In this document: piece by piece, positions 10,992 to 23,953 of the stretch
How the letters are laid out: each line of letters opens with the position of its first letter
How positions within the stretch are numbered: position 1 is the first letter of the stretch
Origin: Octopus bimaculoides
Taxonomy: Eukaryota
Assembly: GCF_001194135.2 (NCBI RefSeq)
Contig: NC_068982.1
Coordinates: forward strand, 43,041,490 to 43,089,030
Length of the DNA stretch: 47,541 nt
Direction: 5' to 3'
Notes under the pieces: generated by a model
The model's database searches: none
Told to the model about the DNA's origin: nothing
What the model saw: only the letters and a program-made list of their open reading frames with translations
Made by a program: the position numbers and the translations under genes

Positions 10992-11610
10992 ACTTCCTGT
11001 GAGTGATGAAAAGTGGAAGTGACTGCAGATTTGGGAAGTGACTGCAGATTTACCAGGGTGTTAGGGACTCAGTCCCATCCCAGTTACGAAAAAACCAGAC
11101 ATTTTAATGTTCTGTGAAAGGAAGAAAGTTGTGAATCTAGTCGAGTTAACGGTTCCTCATGAAGATAACATGGACGCCGCTCGGGCTCGAAAGATTGACT
11201 GTTATGTAAACCTCCTCGAGGAATTTAAAGACGCAGGCTGGAAAGCAGAACATTTTCCAATCGATGTCGGATGTAGAGGTTTTGTTGGACACATTGTGAG
11301 ACGACTGTTGTTATCGCTAGGCCTAACTCATCGTAAAGTAAATACCACCATGACTAATATCCAAACCACAGTGGAAAAGGCTAGCCACTGATTTGGTTAA
11401 AAAGAGATGATGAGCGATGGCTAGGAGAATATTTAGCTTTATTTGATAACCAGTTGATCTAGCAAGCGGGGCCTCATTTCAATGATGCTGGCGAGAGGTA
11501 AGCCCCGAAACGGCACGCATTCTCTCCTGATGACCCCATACACTTGCTGACTTCCGGTATGCGGAGTTCTCGACTGGTAGCACTTTTATGTGCTAGTTGT
11601 TTGTAAAACA
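10992..11610 (+). mobile_element. 3' end of a HERO-like non-LTR retrotransposon (restriction-like endonuclease plus 3' UTR)
   Basis: Frame reads WEVTADL..KKPDILMF..VELTVPHED..RK..Y..L..GW..FPIDVGCRGF, the PD..ExK-type REL domain. The VGCRGF motif is characteristic of HERO. Confidence 0.85.
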
Positions 11611-11689
11611 TTTAAAATTATGCAAGAACTTTGATATGCATCTGTGTCTTGTTCTTGTGTGGTTCCTAACGTCTTCAGTCTCTTTGTCA

Positions 11690-13330
11690 TAAGTTAGCAT
11701 TATTCCTATTTAATAGTCACATTTCTTGTGAATACCTTCACTGCGATAACGAGCTCAGATCCGTACACCTTGGTCATTTGAAATGTTCTGTATATTTATT
11801 ACGATTTGAGACTACTCCGCGAAATATGTATGCAGTAACTTGCAGTGCTACGTTTCCAAAATTCTTAATAAGTTAACTTCCTTGAGTTGAGAAATGGTTT
11901 GTATTTGTAGCTATTTTTATGAGGTTTCTATTATATTTTACTAGATGTTTTGTATCATACAAAAGATATTTTATAAACTTTTTCTAGTAACATATGGCTT
12001 TTGTCTTCTTGAATTCATAGTCAATATATCCTATGTCATTTTTAGTAGTGTTATGTAAAAATAGTCATTATTGTTCTCGTTTTCTGTCTAATCCTTCTAC
12101 TTCAATTACCTATCAAGTTGAAAATGCTACCTAATTACTGACACAGCTAGAGCTTATATTCTTATTGTTTTATTATTCTTTTTATTTAGCTCTGTTTTAA
12201 GTAATTATCTAATGAATCTATATTTACTTTTAAACTCGTCTTTTATTTGCGTGTATTGTCTACTTCATTCACTCATAAATATTTCTGCTTGGTTCAATTC
12301 CCCTATCTCTGTCTTTGTTAAGCATAATATTAACTAAATATTAATATTCTTAATTTTCCTTCGTTCAAATTTGTCTTGACGCATTTTTACAAGCCTAATC
12401 TAAAACTAACTCCTCTAGTAAATCAGTGTACTACCTGTAGCAGTGTTTCTAGTTATTTATCATCTAAAGCATACAACTTAAGGTCATCCATATAGAAACA
12501 TTTTTTTTTTTTCTTGTTATATTATATTTTTAGGATATGCATCTCTGGGTTTACAGTTGTGTCTTTTTGTTATTGATTTCACAAACGTTTGAGAGATATT
12601 TTCAACAATTACCAACATTGCTAAAGGCGGTGCACCAGCATGGCCGCAGTCAAATGATTGAAAAAAGTAAAAGAAAATTGCTCTGTATATTTTTTCTTAT
12701 TGATTTTGTTTTAATATACTTATATAAGAAGATCTGAAGAAATTCTCCGTTTCCTTTGGAACTAGAGTCGCTGCATAAATAATTTCGTATTTATTAATTT
12801 ATTTGATGCTTTCTTTTGTAGTTGCTATTTCATCGTTCAGTTTCCTCATTGCAATATACCTTCATATATGAAGAGTTGTTATTTTTAATTACTAAGTCCA
12901 CCTTCATATTTTCTTGTGCATGACTTAGATCTTTAGAGTTTCCTATTCCTAACATTTCCTCATATTGCCATTTAGTTATAGATTAGTTTGTGCTTTAGTT
13001 CGGATTTTGTTGCTCAGTATTATGTGTTACAGTGTGTGAGTATGTTATGATTTGTTATTCAATTCGTTTTGTAAGATCTATTTTTAAAACTTATAATCGC
13101 AATATTGTTATTTTTGTTGACTGTGTCGTCTTCGTTATGTATCTTTTTAAGAGATTTAACTCGAATGTTGAATATTCTTTTCATTTTATCTTTTCTTCGA
13201 GAATATGAGTTAACTCAGCTCTTTTCTTGGCACCTAAAGTTATGTTTAGTCAATGCTTTTCTTTCAACAAATTTTATGTTATAAAATTCATCGTATTTTC
13301 TAGTTTTCTTTTCACTTGTTTTATTTGACA
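11690..13330 (-). mobile_element. Heavily decayed R4/Dong-like non-LTR retrotransposon
   Basis: Minus strand: TLVPKETEN (about 12750); YMDDLKLYALDDK*LETLLQVV..GL*KC (RT catalytic motif at 12482-12494); KTIRI*ALAVSVIR; C-terminal VALQVTAYIFRGVV (compare LGTAxILRxVL); CCAAGGT 3' UTR. The 5' boundary is uncertain. Confidence 0.75.
12622..12680 (+). mobile_element. SINE family B 3' fragment inserted in the R4/Dong element
   Basis: AAGGCGGTGCACCAGCATGGCCGCAGTCAAATGATTGAAA matches the family B tail (compare 18766-18830 reversed). Confidence 0.8.
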
Positions 13331-14475
13331 GAATTGAGGAATCATGTTCGACCCTTTATTTAGATTGTTATCATATTTTTGCGTAGATTTTTATTGTTTA
13401 TATTTCTTTCTAGTGATATTGAGTTTTGCGTTCATTATTTTTATGCCTCTGATTCAAAATGGCCAGCTTTCTATCAATCTTAAGCTGAATGATACGGTTC
13501 ATATTTGCATTGCTTGCGATTTCTTATTATTGGTTTCATATTGATATGGGGAACTCCGGTAGTTCTCTTTTGTTGTTTTTTTACACGTAGGGTCGGGCAA
13601 TATATTTGTAATATCTTGATATTTTAATTACATGGGATAACGAAAAACAAATTTTATAAGCATTGCGGAGATACCTTTCTAGATATCCTTCCTCGATTTG
13701 GTTCTTTTGTACACGGATTCTTCCGACAGTAATGCAAAAGTGAGCATAAATTTTTTATTCAGTGACATGTCAGAGTATGTCTTCTTAGTTGATCTTCTTT
13801 CTATTCTACAATATCAAGACGTAGGACAGTTTATGTCCCTGCATCTTTAGATATTTCATTCTCTCTCTCTCTCTCTCTCTCTACGTTTGTTTGAAGCATT
13901 GTATTTTTCATTTGTTTCTCAGTATATAAAATAATCGTTTCGTTAAAAGAAAGAAAGAGTACCAAGGTTTTCTGCTTGTATCTATGTATTTATATATTTA
14001 TGTATAGCCATCAGTGAATCATATCTAGTACATTTACATAGGGGAAGCAATATAACTGCGGTATTCGATCGAGGTTACTATCCCTTATGGATGTCTTGTA
14101 TTTCAAAATACAAATGCAGTAGCAGACGAAAATCATCGTTTACTAGAAGCGGTGATATTGCCAGAGGTGCATTTCTTCTTCACAGGGCTTTGTCTGCAGG
14201 ATGTACCCACTGACAGCCGCATGCTAAGGCAAAGTCTGTTGCTAGTGATATAGTGATATAGTGATAATGACTTGAGAACTCACTGATGCTGCGATTAGTC
14301 ACCTGACTGAATAACGATTACTTATATGCAGCAGAAATGCGATTCACTCAATACGAATTTGTCGATCTGCTATACTACGATACATCAACGTCACTAGTTT
14401 TAAGCGACCTAAACGTAAGCACACTCCTCCTACACAGACGCATTTACACCCAGATTTAAACACACACACACATAC

Positions 14476-14540
<65 letters not shown>

Positions 14541-14542
<2 letters not shown>

Positions 14543-14670
14543 TGCCTATCAAACTTTACACAAAGCATTTGTCAACTTGCTGTTGTTGAAGACTTGCAGA
14601 AGCAGCTACACAGTGATCTGAACCAAGAAGTACATGGTTAAGAAGTGATTGTTATAACCAGACAGACATA
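14541..14670 (-). mobile_element. Old SINE family B head/CORE fragment
   Basis: Diverged match to 18970-19115. Confidence 0.5.
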
Positions 14671-15344
14671 CTTGCTCCTGTACTATTGAAGTTATTTTTT
14701 CTTTCTTTTAAAAGCCACAGCTCAGTAAGACGGCTACAAGGATATTACATTTCGTCCAGCATGACTGGCTTCTAGTCTTACCGCCTAAAGTGTTTTCTTA
14801 TATACAAATAATAATGGAATATGGCAATTTAGATTAGTCAAAGTGTTACCAATGAACATAGATAATGAGACTGAAGACGTTAGATAATGTATTCGATTTC
14901 GTTCCATATTTAAGATTATTTCTTGATGTAGCACGTCTCAAGTCGAAGAGATGATAAGATCGTGCACTTCAGAGAAGTTTACCAAGAATGCAAATTCAAT
15001 ACTACCAACGTGGGCTTTTGCAGTATGTGAGGAATCAAATATCTCAGTTGAGATACAATTTCTAACGATCATTATATACCTGCATGATTCTCTGCTAACT
15101 TCCAGTCATCCTACACTTAAAGTAAACGTGGAATTTTCACGACTAATGCTTGAGTGTTTAAATACGTGTATAATGCAGTTATTGAAATCTTCCCATAATT
15201 TCGATGAAAATAGCATGCAGAAAGTATATACTACTAAGTGCCTTGATTTATCAAAATTTTTAAAACAAATATGCATAAATCTTTTGCGAGAACGAGAGAA
15301 AGAACTGAATCAACCATGAACATCATTGATATTGTATCGAACCT

Positions 15345-15650
15345 CAAACCTGGAGCATTGAAATACAATGAAGACTCTGTTGTTATTTACACTCAGAATA
15401 CAGAAGTGTTTAACTAAGCACTAGGGCGATGTTCTTATGGTTTTGCAACACAATCGTCTTTGTCTTGACTAATTGCACTACTAGAGGGCCATCATCTCTC
15501 CAATAGTATTGTTTTCGAGGATTTTCGATGCACAATGAATCACTCTTTAAATATACAATGCTTCGATTGTTCAGGCTGGTTATCTCTGGTGATCCAAGGT
15601 ATCAAATGAATGTAATGGGCTTGTGAAATTCAAGTAGTGTAGCTCAAGTT
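15345..15650 (-). mobile_element. Ancient dispersed repeat, possibly a LINE RT fragment (copy 1)
   Basis: Colinear with 24935-25260 (shared GCTTCGATTGTTCAGG and TCTTGACTAATTGC/TCTTAATTAATTGC). Minus strand reads DDGPLVVQLVKTKTIV. Confidence 0.55.
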
Positions 15651-15944
15651 TTCCGTAAATATTTACCACTTCTTTTATGTATTATACAGAATTCCTATTG
15701 TTGTATTTTTCGATGGACGATGGACCTCTTGTACATTTTACACACATGCGCCTGCACGGCCACACATTCGCACGAACGCACTTTCGTTTTATATTTACCA
15801 GTTTTAGTCCTTTGCCATGCTACTGCCATGCTGGAACGACGTCATCAATAGTATACTAGCTTGTGTCAACTCCATGACTTACCATAGGTACTCATGTTAT
15901 CTATTCCAGGAAAATGTAAACCAAAAGGTCGAATATACATACAT

Positions 15945-16012
<68 letters not shown>

Positions 16013-16899
16013 GATGAGCTGACGCTTCTTCAAACATTATTCTGAGTTTCCCGCTTGCGATTTTTCATACGATTATGTTATAAAATATGATGATAGAAAG
16101 TAGAGAAAAATATTTTTAAACACATCGATAACCCTAACCCAAACCTTACCTCTTGTTTCATACATGCATTATGCATCTATTCAGTGCCTCCCGCATTATA
16201 TATGACTCCATTTTTTCTCATATACGAAAAAGACACGATGATTTCCTAATCCCAGCACCATCTATAAACCAGGGAAGCAGATTTTCTTGACGAAATTTCA
16301 CTCTCAGTAATAAGTTTCAGTCTATTAACATATATTCTAATCATTTACCAACAATTCTTTAAAATAAATATTTGTAAGCGCAAATCAAGCTCATCTTCTA
16401 ATTAGTAATCCGTAGAATAAGCTACTCATTAGTCCAAACACGCTTTAACAGGAAATTGTTTCAAAAGTAGAAAACATTGCACGCATAAGAGTCTTAAAAT
16501 TCATCGCCATAATAACAAGAAATGAAATATCCTTATAGCTTAAATACTTGCTCCAATGTGAACATTTTACTATAGCTTTGAAATTATTCTTCCCTATACC
16601 ATAAAATTTTTAATAAAAGTTATTATTGGTTAAATCTACACCAAAAACTTCGCTGTATCCATGAACAGTATACATTAGTGGTTCCCAAACCTTTCCGGAT
16701 TGCCCACGTCACACTCCTAACACTCCCCCTCCCCAATCACCAATACAAACACACGTCTCATTCTACAGCAAATCAAAACAATTGTATTTTACAAATAAAA
16801 CTCACCCGAATTAACACATTATTTTGCTGTATTTACAATATGAAAGACTAGATTTATATCCCACTTGTAACTGCTTTGTTTTCATGTCTTTAATGTGAT

Positions 16900-18350
16900 G
16901 GATGAACATTGTGCAGCGATATCATCTTCTCGACATCTGGCTAAAAGGTACTAAGAAGTAGTCTTAGATTCCTGCGTTCAATAATTTTCAGTCTTTTTCT
17001 TTGCTCAGAGAAGAATCTGGGCAACTGCACTGCATCCCCACTCTACAAAATATGATGCTGGAAAGATAATAAAGTACATCCTGACTTCGTTCCATAGTGC
17101 AGGATAGCGGTTAGAAAGGTTCTTTTGCAATCAAAAATCCTGGCATGGATCTGTTTGAACTTTGACCACAGTTCAATATCATTTTAAGTGAAACCAGTTC
17201 TTTCTCCATTATTCTTGTTTCCTCATTGCTGATATCTAGGAATCACCCAGATTGATATTTGAATCAAAAATGAATATCCTGAAATCTACCAGACATGTCT
17301 CTGTGCAGCTCATCCAGATGTGAACAATACCCTTGAATGTCATTTTTTGGTGTGCGCTTTTTATTCAGAGAGGCTCGGAAACTGAAAGAACGACGGCTTG
17401 CGTTAACTTGGACAGAATTATGAAGAGAGCTAGTTTTACTTTGATACGGTTTAACTTCATTTCCTCGGAGTAGCAAATTAACTTCATTGAACTGTGTGAA
17501 TGTATCTGCGATGCAAGCAATGTTTCATGGTTCGTCACAAAGAACAATACAAGAGTCTTGTAAGAATTAAACAACAGTTTTAAAAAGGGAATAGAAACTT
17601 TCAGGCAGTTTCCCTTTGATAGACATCAAACTTCGGTGTGCAACAGGGAACATTCAAACATGTTATCATTCTCAGTACAGAGCTATATAAACAGTGGAGA
17701 ATTGTGAGCATGTGCCATGATTTTATTTACTTCTGTTATAACAATGCTCATTGATTTGTTAAGTCGATCACTTAGATTATTTGCAACCAGATGTTACCTG
17801 TGGTTTATAGAGTGTGTTGTAAATACGTTAGGTATAACTTCAATAAACTGATGAAGCTGAAATGACAACCTATCATCGATTGTGTCACATCTATTGCTTA
17901 AACGCGAAATACTGACTCCTTTTTTGTATCTGCTTCTAGTTGTATTACAAATAATAGCTCTTGAACCAAACGTTAATCTTTGATGAAGCAAACATTGCTT
18001 GACAAAGAGGACTAATCAAACTGTAAGCTAAGTTTGATGCATGATGGCTTTTCCCAAAACTTTTCAATAAGAAGACAGTGTTTCAAGATGTGAAATACTA
18101 CATGACGAAAAAAAAATTTAAGAAAAAGAGGTGGCAGCTTGTGTTCCGAATGTACGATGAAGGGATAGGTAGACGTTTAAAAAAGCATGTATTAAAAAGT
18201 TTTAAAGAAAGTCCTCCTGCGAATGTGGAATGTGTGAAAAATACAGAAAAAAAAGGAGAAATTCCTATTTATGTAAGATAGATATTCTGAAAGTCCTACA
18301 AAGATAAATGTCTTTTTTAAAACAAAATTTTGAAAAAAATACGGTAAACA
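16900..18350 (-). pseudogene. Charlie/ZBED-like hAT transposase remnant
   Basis: Minus-strand pieces: VIPNVFTTHSINHR (compare HCxxHR), YCSHLDELHRDMSGRFQDI, FPASYFVEWGCSAV (hAT dimerisation motif FPSSYLVERGFSAV). Multiple stops and frameshifts. Confidence 0.85.
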
Positions 18351-18765
18351 CCGAAAGACAAACTCAATCGGTGAACTCCAGTTCGAAGTCTACTACAATA
18401 ACGTGTACTCCACCAATTCTGAAAAAAAATGTTATAGTAATTTATATTTAAAATAGCTGTTATTTTAATAATTGTTGAGTCTGTTGAGTCAAGCCTATTT
18501 TTTAGAACAATGTACGAAAGTAAATTCTGACTAATATTATATTCATAAATTCCGTTAAAATAATTGTAGTTCTTTACTTAGAACAAAATACCAAATAATG
18601 AGAGATATGAAGAATTTCTTATCTTTACCCTAAACTTTGGGTCTAAAACTATATACTCAAGATAATATTCGTGCCAAATACATAAAGTTCAAAATTGTAT
18701 TTTGAAAAAGAAATCATTTGTTCAGTAATCAATATTTCTCCCTCTCCCCTCTCTTTATGTATATA

Positions 18766-19115
18766 TCTTTTATCTTTTACTTGTTTCAGTCAGTTAACAG
18801 CGGCCATGCTGGGGCACTACCTCGAAGGGTGTTTAGTGGAACAAATCGACCCCACGACTTTTTGAAATCCTGGTACGTATACTATATATATATCTCCCTT
18901 TTGCCGAAACGCTAAGTTACGGGGACATAACCACCCAACACCCGTTGTCAAGCGGTGGTGGGCGAGATTCTTTCAGTTTCCGTCTACCAAATTCACTCGA
19001 AGGGCTTTGCTTGGCTTGAGGCTATAGAAGAAGCCACTCGCCCTAGGTGCCAAGTGGTGGGCTGAACCCAGAACACTGTGCTCGAAAAGCAAGCTTTTTA
19101 CTTCGCAGTCACGCC
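18766..19115 (-). mobile_element. tRNA/CORE-type SINE family B nested in the hAT element
   Basis: Minus strand: head GGGTTCAGCCCACC, CACCTAGGGCGAGTGGCTTCTTCTATAGCCTC (CORE-like), GGTAGACGGAAACTGAAAGA, tail CCAGCATGGCCG..TGAAACAAGTAAAAGA. Confidence 0.85.
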
Positions 19116-19379
19116 TTTGCTTATATACATACAGATATGTATGTATCTCTCTCTCACGCATACATTTGTTTATGTATGCACATATATACGCATGTACAAC
19201 ATACACAGATATGCTCACATATTCTTACATACATGTACACAAATTTATATATTTATGATCTAAGCAGATTGCTTGTCCACCTAGTATTCTCAGGATTTTG
19301 ATTAGTGGAATGACCACTGGCTTCATCACCGACGCTATACACACACACACACACACACACAGACACACACACACACACA

Positions 19380-19418
<39 letters not shown>

Positions 19419-19528
19419 ATACACGTATGTATGTATGTAGGTTTATACATAAATATATACANNNNNNNNNNNNNNNNNNNNNNNNNNNNNNNNNNNNNNN
19501 NNNNNNNNNNNNNNNNNNNNNAGAGAAT

Positions 19529-19559
<31 letters not shown>

Positions 19560-19581
19560 GCCCACATATATTTGTATGTAA

Positions 19582-19617
<36 letters not shown>

Positions 19618-21726
19618 CACAATTACATATATACATATATACACGCGTGTGGCCGGGCATATGTGTTTGTGTTATATATATATATATATATATATATATT
19701 TCATTTCGTTTCTTTGTTGCTGTTGTTTTTGTCAACGTTATTGTTGTTGTCGTTGTTTTTGTCAGTGTCTCTCTAGGGAATTCACTTGGGAATTTTATGA
19801 CGACTTTGCTCGTAAACTTTGGTTTATTCATTTAGTTTTGTTCTGTTCTGGCTTAAAGTTTGTTTACTTAAAACATTTTTCTGATCGATTTTTGAGCTAA
19901 TTTCTGAACTCGAGTGTACCATTGAAAAATAGCGGGGAGCTTTGCCATCCATCGCCCCAATTTTCTTCACCGCCGTCCTGGATCGCTCCATCTCCCAGGT
20001 ATATGTGTGTGGGGGACAATACCGTCCACTTTGGGAACCACTGGTATACACAAACGAAACCTTTGCTTTACAAACATGTAAGTCTATTCTTCATGAAGTA
20101 ATTGCAGCATCTTTAATATCCTTCGCTTCAAAGGCATGAACAAAAATCTGCCTTATAGACAACAAAATAGAACGCTATACGGGGTATCCAAAATATTCCT
20201 TTAATGGTTATTATTGCAACTTTACATTAAAACATTCAGTAAAGCACCTTACGAGTATACTATCAAGATATGAATGAACGGTGGGCCTCTACTTGGCCAC
20301 TATCTGCTATAAATCGCAGCAAGATGACCTTTAATTTTCACCCTTACTGGAATACCTTTGATAATAAATGTGATCGACAAGGTTAACTTACGATAAACGA
20401 AAACACCAAGGATTCAAATGCAATATCATTTACAATTAGAATATCGATTGGTCCATGGCAGAATACACGTTATCGCACAGTAATGATTTTGCAATGAGCA
20501 ATCTCTCTTTTTCTCAAAAGTATAACTTTCTACAAAAATCGTTTCATGTTTTATTTTACTAACAACCGTGAAGAAGAACTTGTCTTGACAAAGCTATACC
20601 TTGAAAAGACATGTCCTTGAAAGAGAATATTTTAGGGTTGTTCAAATTACATAAAAGTATGTGCATTTTTTAAAAGCTGTTTGCGATTTTTGATAACATG
20701 TCGGATTTGCTGAATACTTGAAGTAACTTCAATTGCCAAAGGATTTAGCGAACACTGAAATTTAGTCTTAACAATAAAGGCGAAAAGTAATTCATCGACA
20801 TCGAAACTTCATAAACAAGAGGACATTTCATTTGTTTATGTGTTTTATTCACATATTAGGGATATTTTTATATTTGCATTAGTTTTATATGGATGAAAGT
20901 GCTATGAAACATGATTAATGGTTTTCTTTAACATAGAACTAGTAGCATAAAGGTAGCATGCGTTTTTGTGTAGAAATTGATAAAGATATAACCTTCTTTA
21001 TAAATTCTTAACTTTCGCTAGTAATTTTATAGAAATCAGTGAATCCTATATAAACATCATTGTGAATGCAAGGAAATAACTTCTAGTCTTTCATAATTTA
21101 TTTTTGGAAGATAATAAAAGAGACGCCTGGGATGGAGTTTAATTTTGTAAGATCATTAAAATTTAGATTAAAATTTACATTTTTACCCTCAAAAGTGTCT
21201 TTACTTTGCGAGGGAATATTATACACGACTGATGGCCAAAAAGTGTCACGTACTTCAAGATTTAGAAAAATTTAGAACAAACAAAATATTTAATTATTAC
21301 CAAAACAATTAGATTTAAGGTTATGCATCATACTAATCTTAGTTTATCTTCGTTTAGTTAACTTTCTGACAGTTGCTTTAAATTTAAATAAGCATAAATA
21401 CTATTACACAAACCCAAACGAAAGATTACATTAAAGAAATAAAAAATCGAGCCACCATCCAAGAATCTGAGCACTCACTATTGGTACTCGTAAATATACA
21501 TTTGTATTAGAGAGGTTTGTTTGTTGGCACGTTCCTAGTCACAGTAGTTTCGGTGCTTATTTTTGTTGGTAGTGGTGTTTTCTTGAGCTTTCTGCTATAG
21601 CTAACAGATCCCTATTCAATCTCTGACTGAACGTGAATCATTCTGTTGCTTCCGCTAAATATCAATAAAAATATACATTTACTCATATTTTGATTTGTAG
21701 TTTTTATATTTGCTTCGCTATACTTG

Positions 21727-21802
<76 letters not shown>

Positions 21803-22197
21803 TGTATTTGTGTATGTATATATATATTTTTTTAATTTTATTTATTTATTTATGTGTTTCANNNNNNNNNNNNNNNNNNNNNNNNNNNNNNNNNNNNNNN
21901 NNNNNNNNNNNNNNNNNNNNNNNNNNNNNNNNNNNNNNNNNNNNNNNNNNNNNNNNNNNNNNNNNNNNNNNNNNNNNNNNNNNNNNNNNNNNNNNNNNNN
22001 NNNNNNNNNNNNNNNNNNNNNNNNNNNNNNNNNNNNNNNNNNNNNNNNNNNNNNNNNNNNNNNNNNNNNNNNNNNNNNNNNNNNNNNNNNNNNNNNNNNN
22101 NNNNNNNNNNNNNNNNNNNNNNNNNNNNNNNNNNNNNNNNNNNNNNNNNNNNNNNNNNNNNNNNNNNNNNNNNNNNNNNNNNNNNNNNNNNNNNNNN

Positions 22198-22628
22198 TCT
22201 CAAATGTTTTGGCAGGGCATTGAAGAGCTGAGGTCCTCTGAAACCGAGGCTGCTGCAGTATCTCGTTCTTATGTGAGATGCAGTGGACGGTACCTTTGGC
22301 ACCATGCAGTGGCGACCCGTGCGGGCGTTCCTGTAGTACTTGATACCAAAGTTTGGCACCAGTCCTTCCAGTATTTTCCATATGTATATTATTACATATC
22401 TCTCCCACCTACGCTCCAGGGAGAAGAGACCTAGTGCCTTCAGTCGTTCCCTGTAGTTCATCTGTTGGACTGTGGCGATCTTTTTTGTTTAGTGCCGCTG
22501 AATTGCCTCGAGTTCTTCTGTCCNNNNNNNNNNATCTTTTTTGTTTAGTGCCGCTGAATTGCCTCGAGTTCTTCTGTCCGCTTAACACTGTGTGGTGACC
22601 ACAACTGAGAGCAATAGTCTAGGCGGCT
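22198..22628 (-). mobile_element. CR1/L2-group LINE ORF2 C-terminal fragment
   Basis: SRLDYCSQLWSP..EELEAIQR..YRERLKALGLFSLERRWERYVIIYIWKILEGLVPN..GPQLFNALP. The 3' end runs into a gap. Confidence 0.9.
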
Positions 22629-22652
22629 ATATATATATGCACATACATATAT

Positions 22653-22773
22653 ACGACGGGCTTCTTTCAGTTTCTGTCTACCAAATCCACTCACATGGTT
22701 TTGAATGGCCCGAGTCTATAATTGAAGACACTTGCCCAAGGTGCCACGCAGTGGGACTGAACCCTGAAGCATG
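22653..22773 (-). mobile_element. SINE family B CORE/head fragment
   Basis: GGGCTTCTTTCAGTTTC..CTACCAAATCCACTCAC..GAAGACACTTGCCCAAGGTGCCACGCAGTGGGACTGAACC. Confidence 0.9.
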
Positions 22774-22885
22774 NNNNNNNNNNNNNNNNNNNNNNNNNNN
22801 NNNNNNNNNNNNNNNNNNNNNNNNNNNNNNNNNNNNNNNNNNNNNNNNNNNNNNNNNNNNNNNNNNNNNNNNNATATATATATAT

Positions 22886-23343
22886 ACTTCCTGTGAGAGA
22901 TGAAAAGTGGAACGGCTATTGGGAAGTGACTGTAGATTTACCTGGGTGCCAGCGATTCTTTCCCATCCTAGTTACGAAAACACCGGACATTTTGATGTGG
23001 TGTGAAAAAAGCAAAGTTGTAAATCTAGTCGAGTGAACGGTTCCTCATGAAGATAACATGGACGCCGCTAGAGCTCGAAACATTGACCGTTATGTAAACC
23101 TCCTCGAGGAATTTAAAGACGCAGGCTGGAAAGCAGAGCATTTTCCAATCGATGTCGGATGTAGAGGTTTTGTTGGACACAGTGCGAGACGACTGTCGTT
23201 ATCGCTAGGCCTAACTCATCGTAAAGTAAATACCACCATGACCGGTATCCAAACTACAGTAGAATAGGCCAGCCACTGATTTGGTTAAAAAGAGATGATG
23301 AGCGATGGCTGGTAGCACTTGCATGTGCAAGTTGTTTGCAAGA
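22886..23343 (+). mobile_element. Second HERO-like REL fragment, close to 10992-11610, with a 153-bp 3' UTR deletion
   Basis: MDAARARNIDRYVNLLEEFKDAGWKAEHFPIDVGCRGF. Same 5' start, ACTTCCTGTGAG. Confidence 0.9.
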
Positions 23344-23350
23344 TATATAA

Positions 23351-23394
<44 letters not shown>

Positions 23395-23449
23395 TGAGAG
23401 AGATAGAAATATATTATATATATATATATATATATATTTTGTGACCCCC

Positions 23450-23848
23450 ACTTCGGTCATGACTGACCATGGGATTGCACCTTGTAAGGTACCCTCCGAG
23501 GTACAAGTCTGGGCAAGGTTGTTTATGAAAGACCAACAGTTGCCCATGCATAGCAGCCCTCCTTCTCCATGCCACTGATGTTATCAAAGGGAAACCCAAA
23601 AGCCGACAGAGCTTGGCACCAGTGACGTTGTGGCTCATTTATCAATGTGCAAGTGGCTGAGCACTCCACAGACACGTGCATCCTTAGCGTAGTTCTCTGG
23701 GAGAGTGTGACAAGGCCGGCCCTTTGAAATACAGGTACAACAGAAACAGGAAGAAAGAGTGAGAGGAAGTTGTGGTGAAAGAGTACAGCAGTGTTCACCG
23801 CCCCCTACCGGAGCCTCGTGGAGCTTTAGGCGTTTTCTTTCAATAAAG
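23450..23848 (-). mobile_element. SINE family C body with an alternative 3' module
   Basis: Body matches 45147-45498 (GGAGCCTCGTGGA, GTGGCTGAGCA.TCCACA.ACACGTG), then diverges. Confidence 0.85.
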
Positions 23849-23849
23849 A

Positions 23850-23851
<2 letters not shown>

Positions 23852-23937
<86 letters not shown>

Positions 23938-23953
23938 GCGCGCGCGCGCGTGT
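23852..23953. repeat. Compound (CT)(AT)(AC)(AT)(GC) microsatellite
   Basis: Direct reading. Confidence 0.9.

Larger units (their letters stand above)
16676..20043 (-). mobile_element. hAT/Charlie-type DNA transposon, both ends intact, decayed transposase
   Basis: TIRs TAGTGGTTCCCAAA (16676) and TTTGGGAACCACTG (to 20043). 8-bp TSD GTATACAT/GTATACAC. Confidence 0.9.

Noticed and set aside
11480-11540. Hammerhead-like boxes GAAAC and CTGATGA in the HERO 3' UTR
   Set aside because: The order and spacing cannot form stems I-III, and both would-be stem II strands are CCCC.
22478-22579. 46-bp exact direct repeat
   Set aside because: The copies flank a 10-N gap; this is an unmerged contig overlap.
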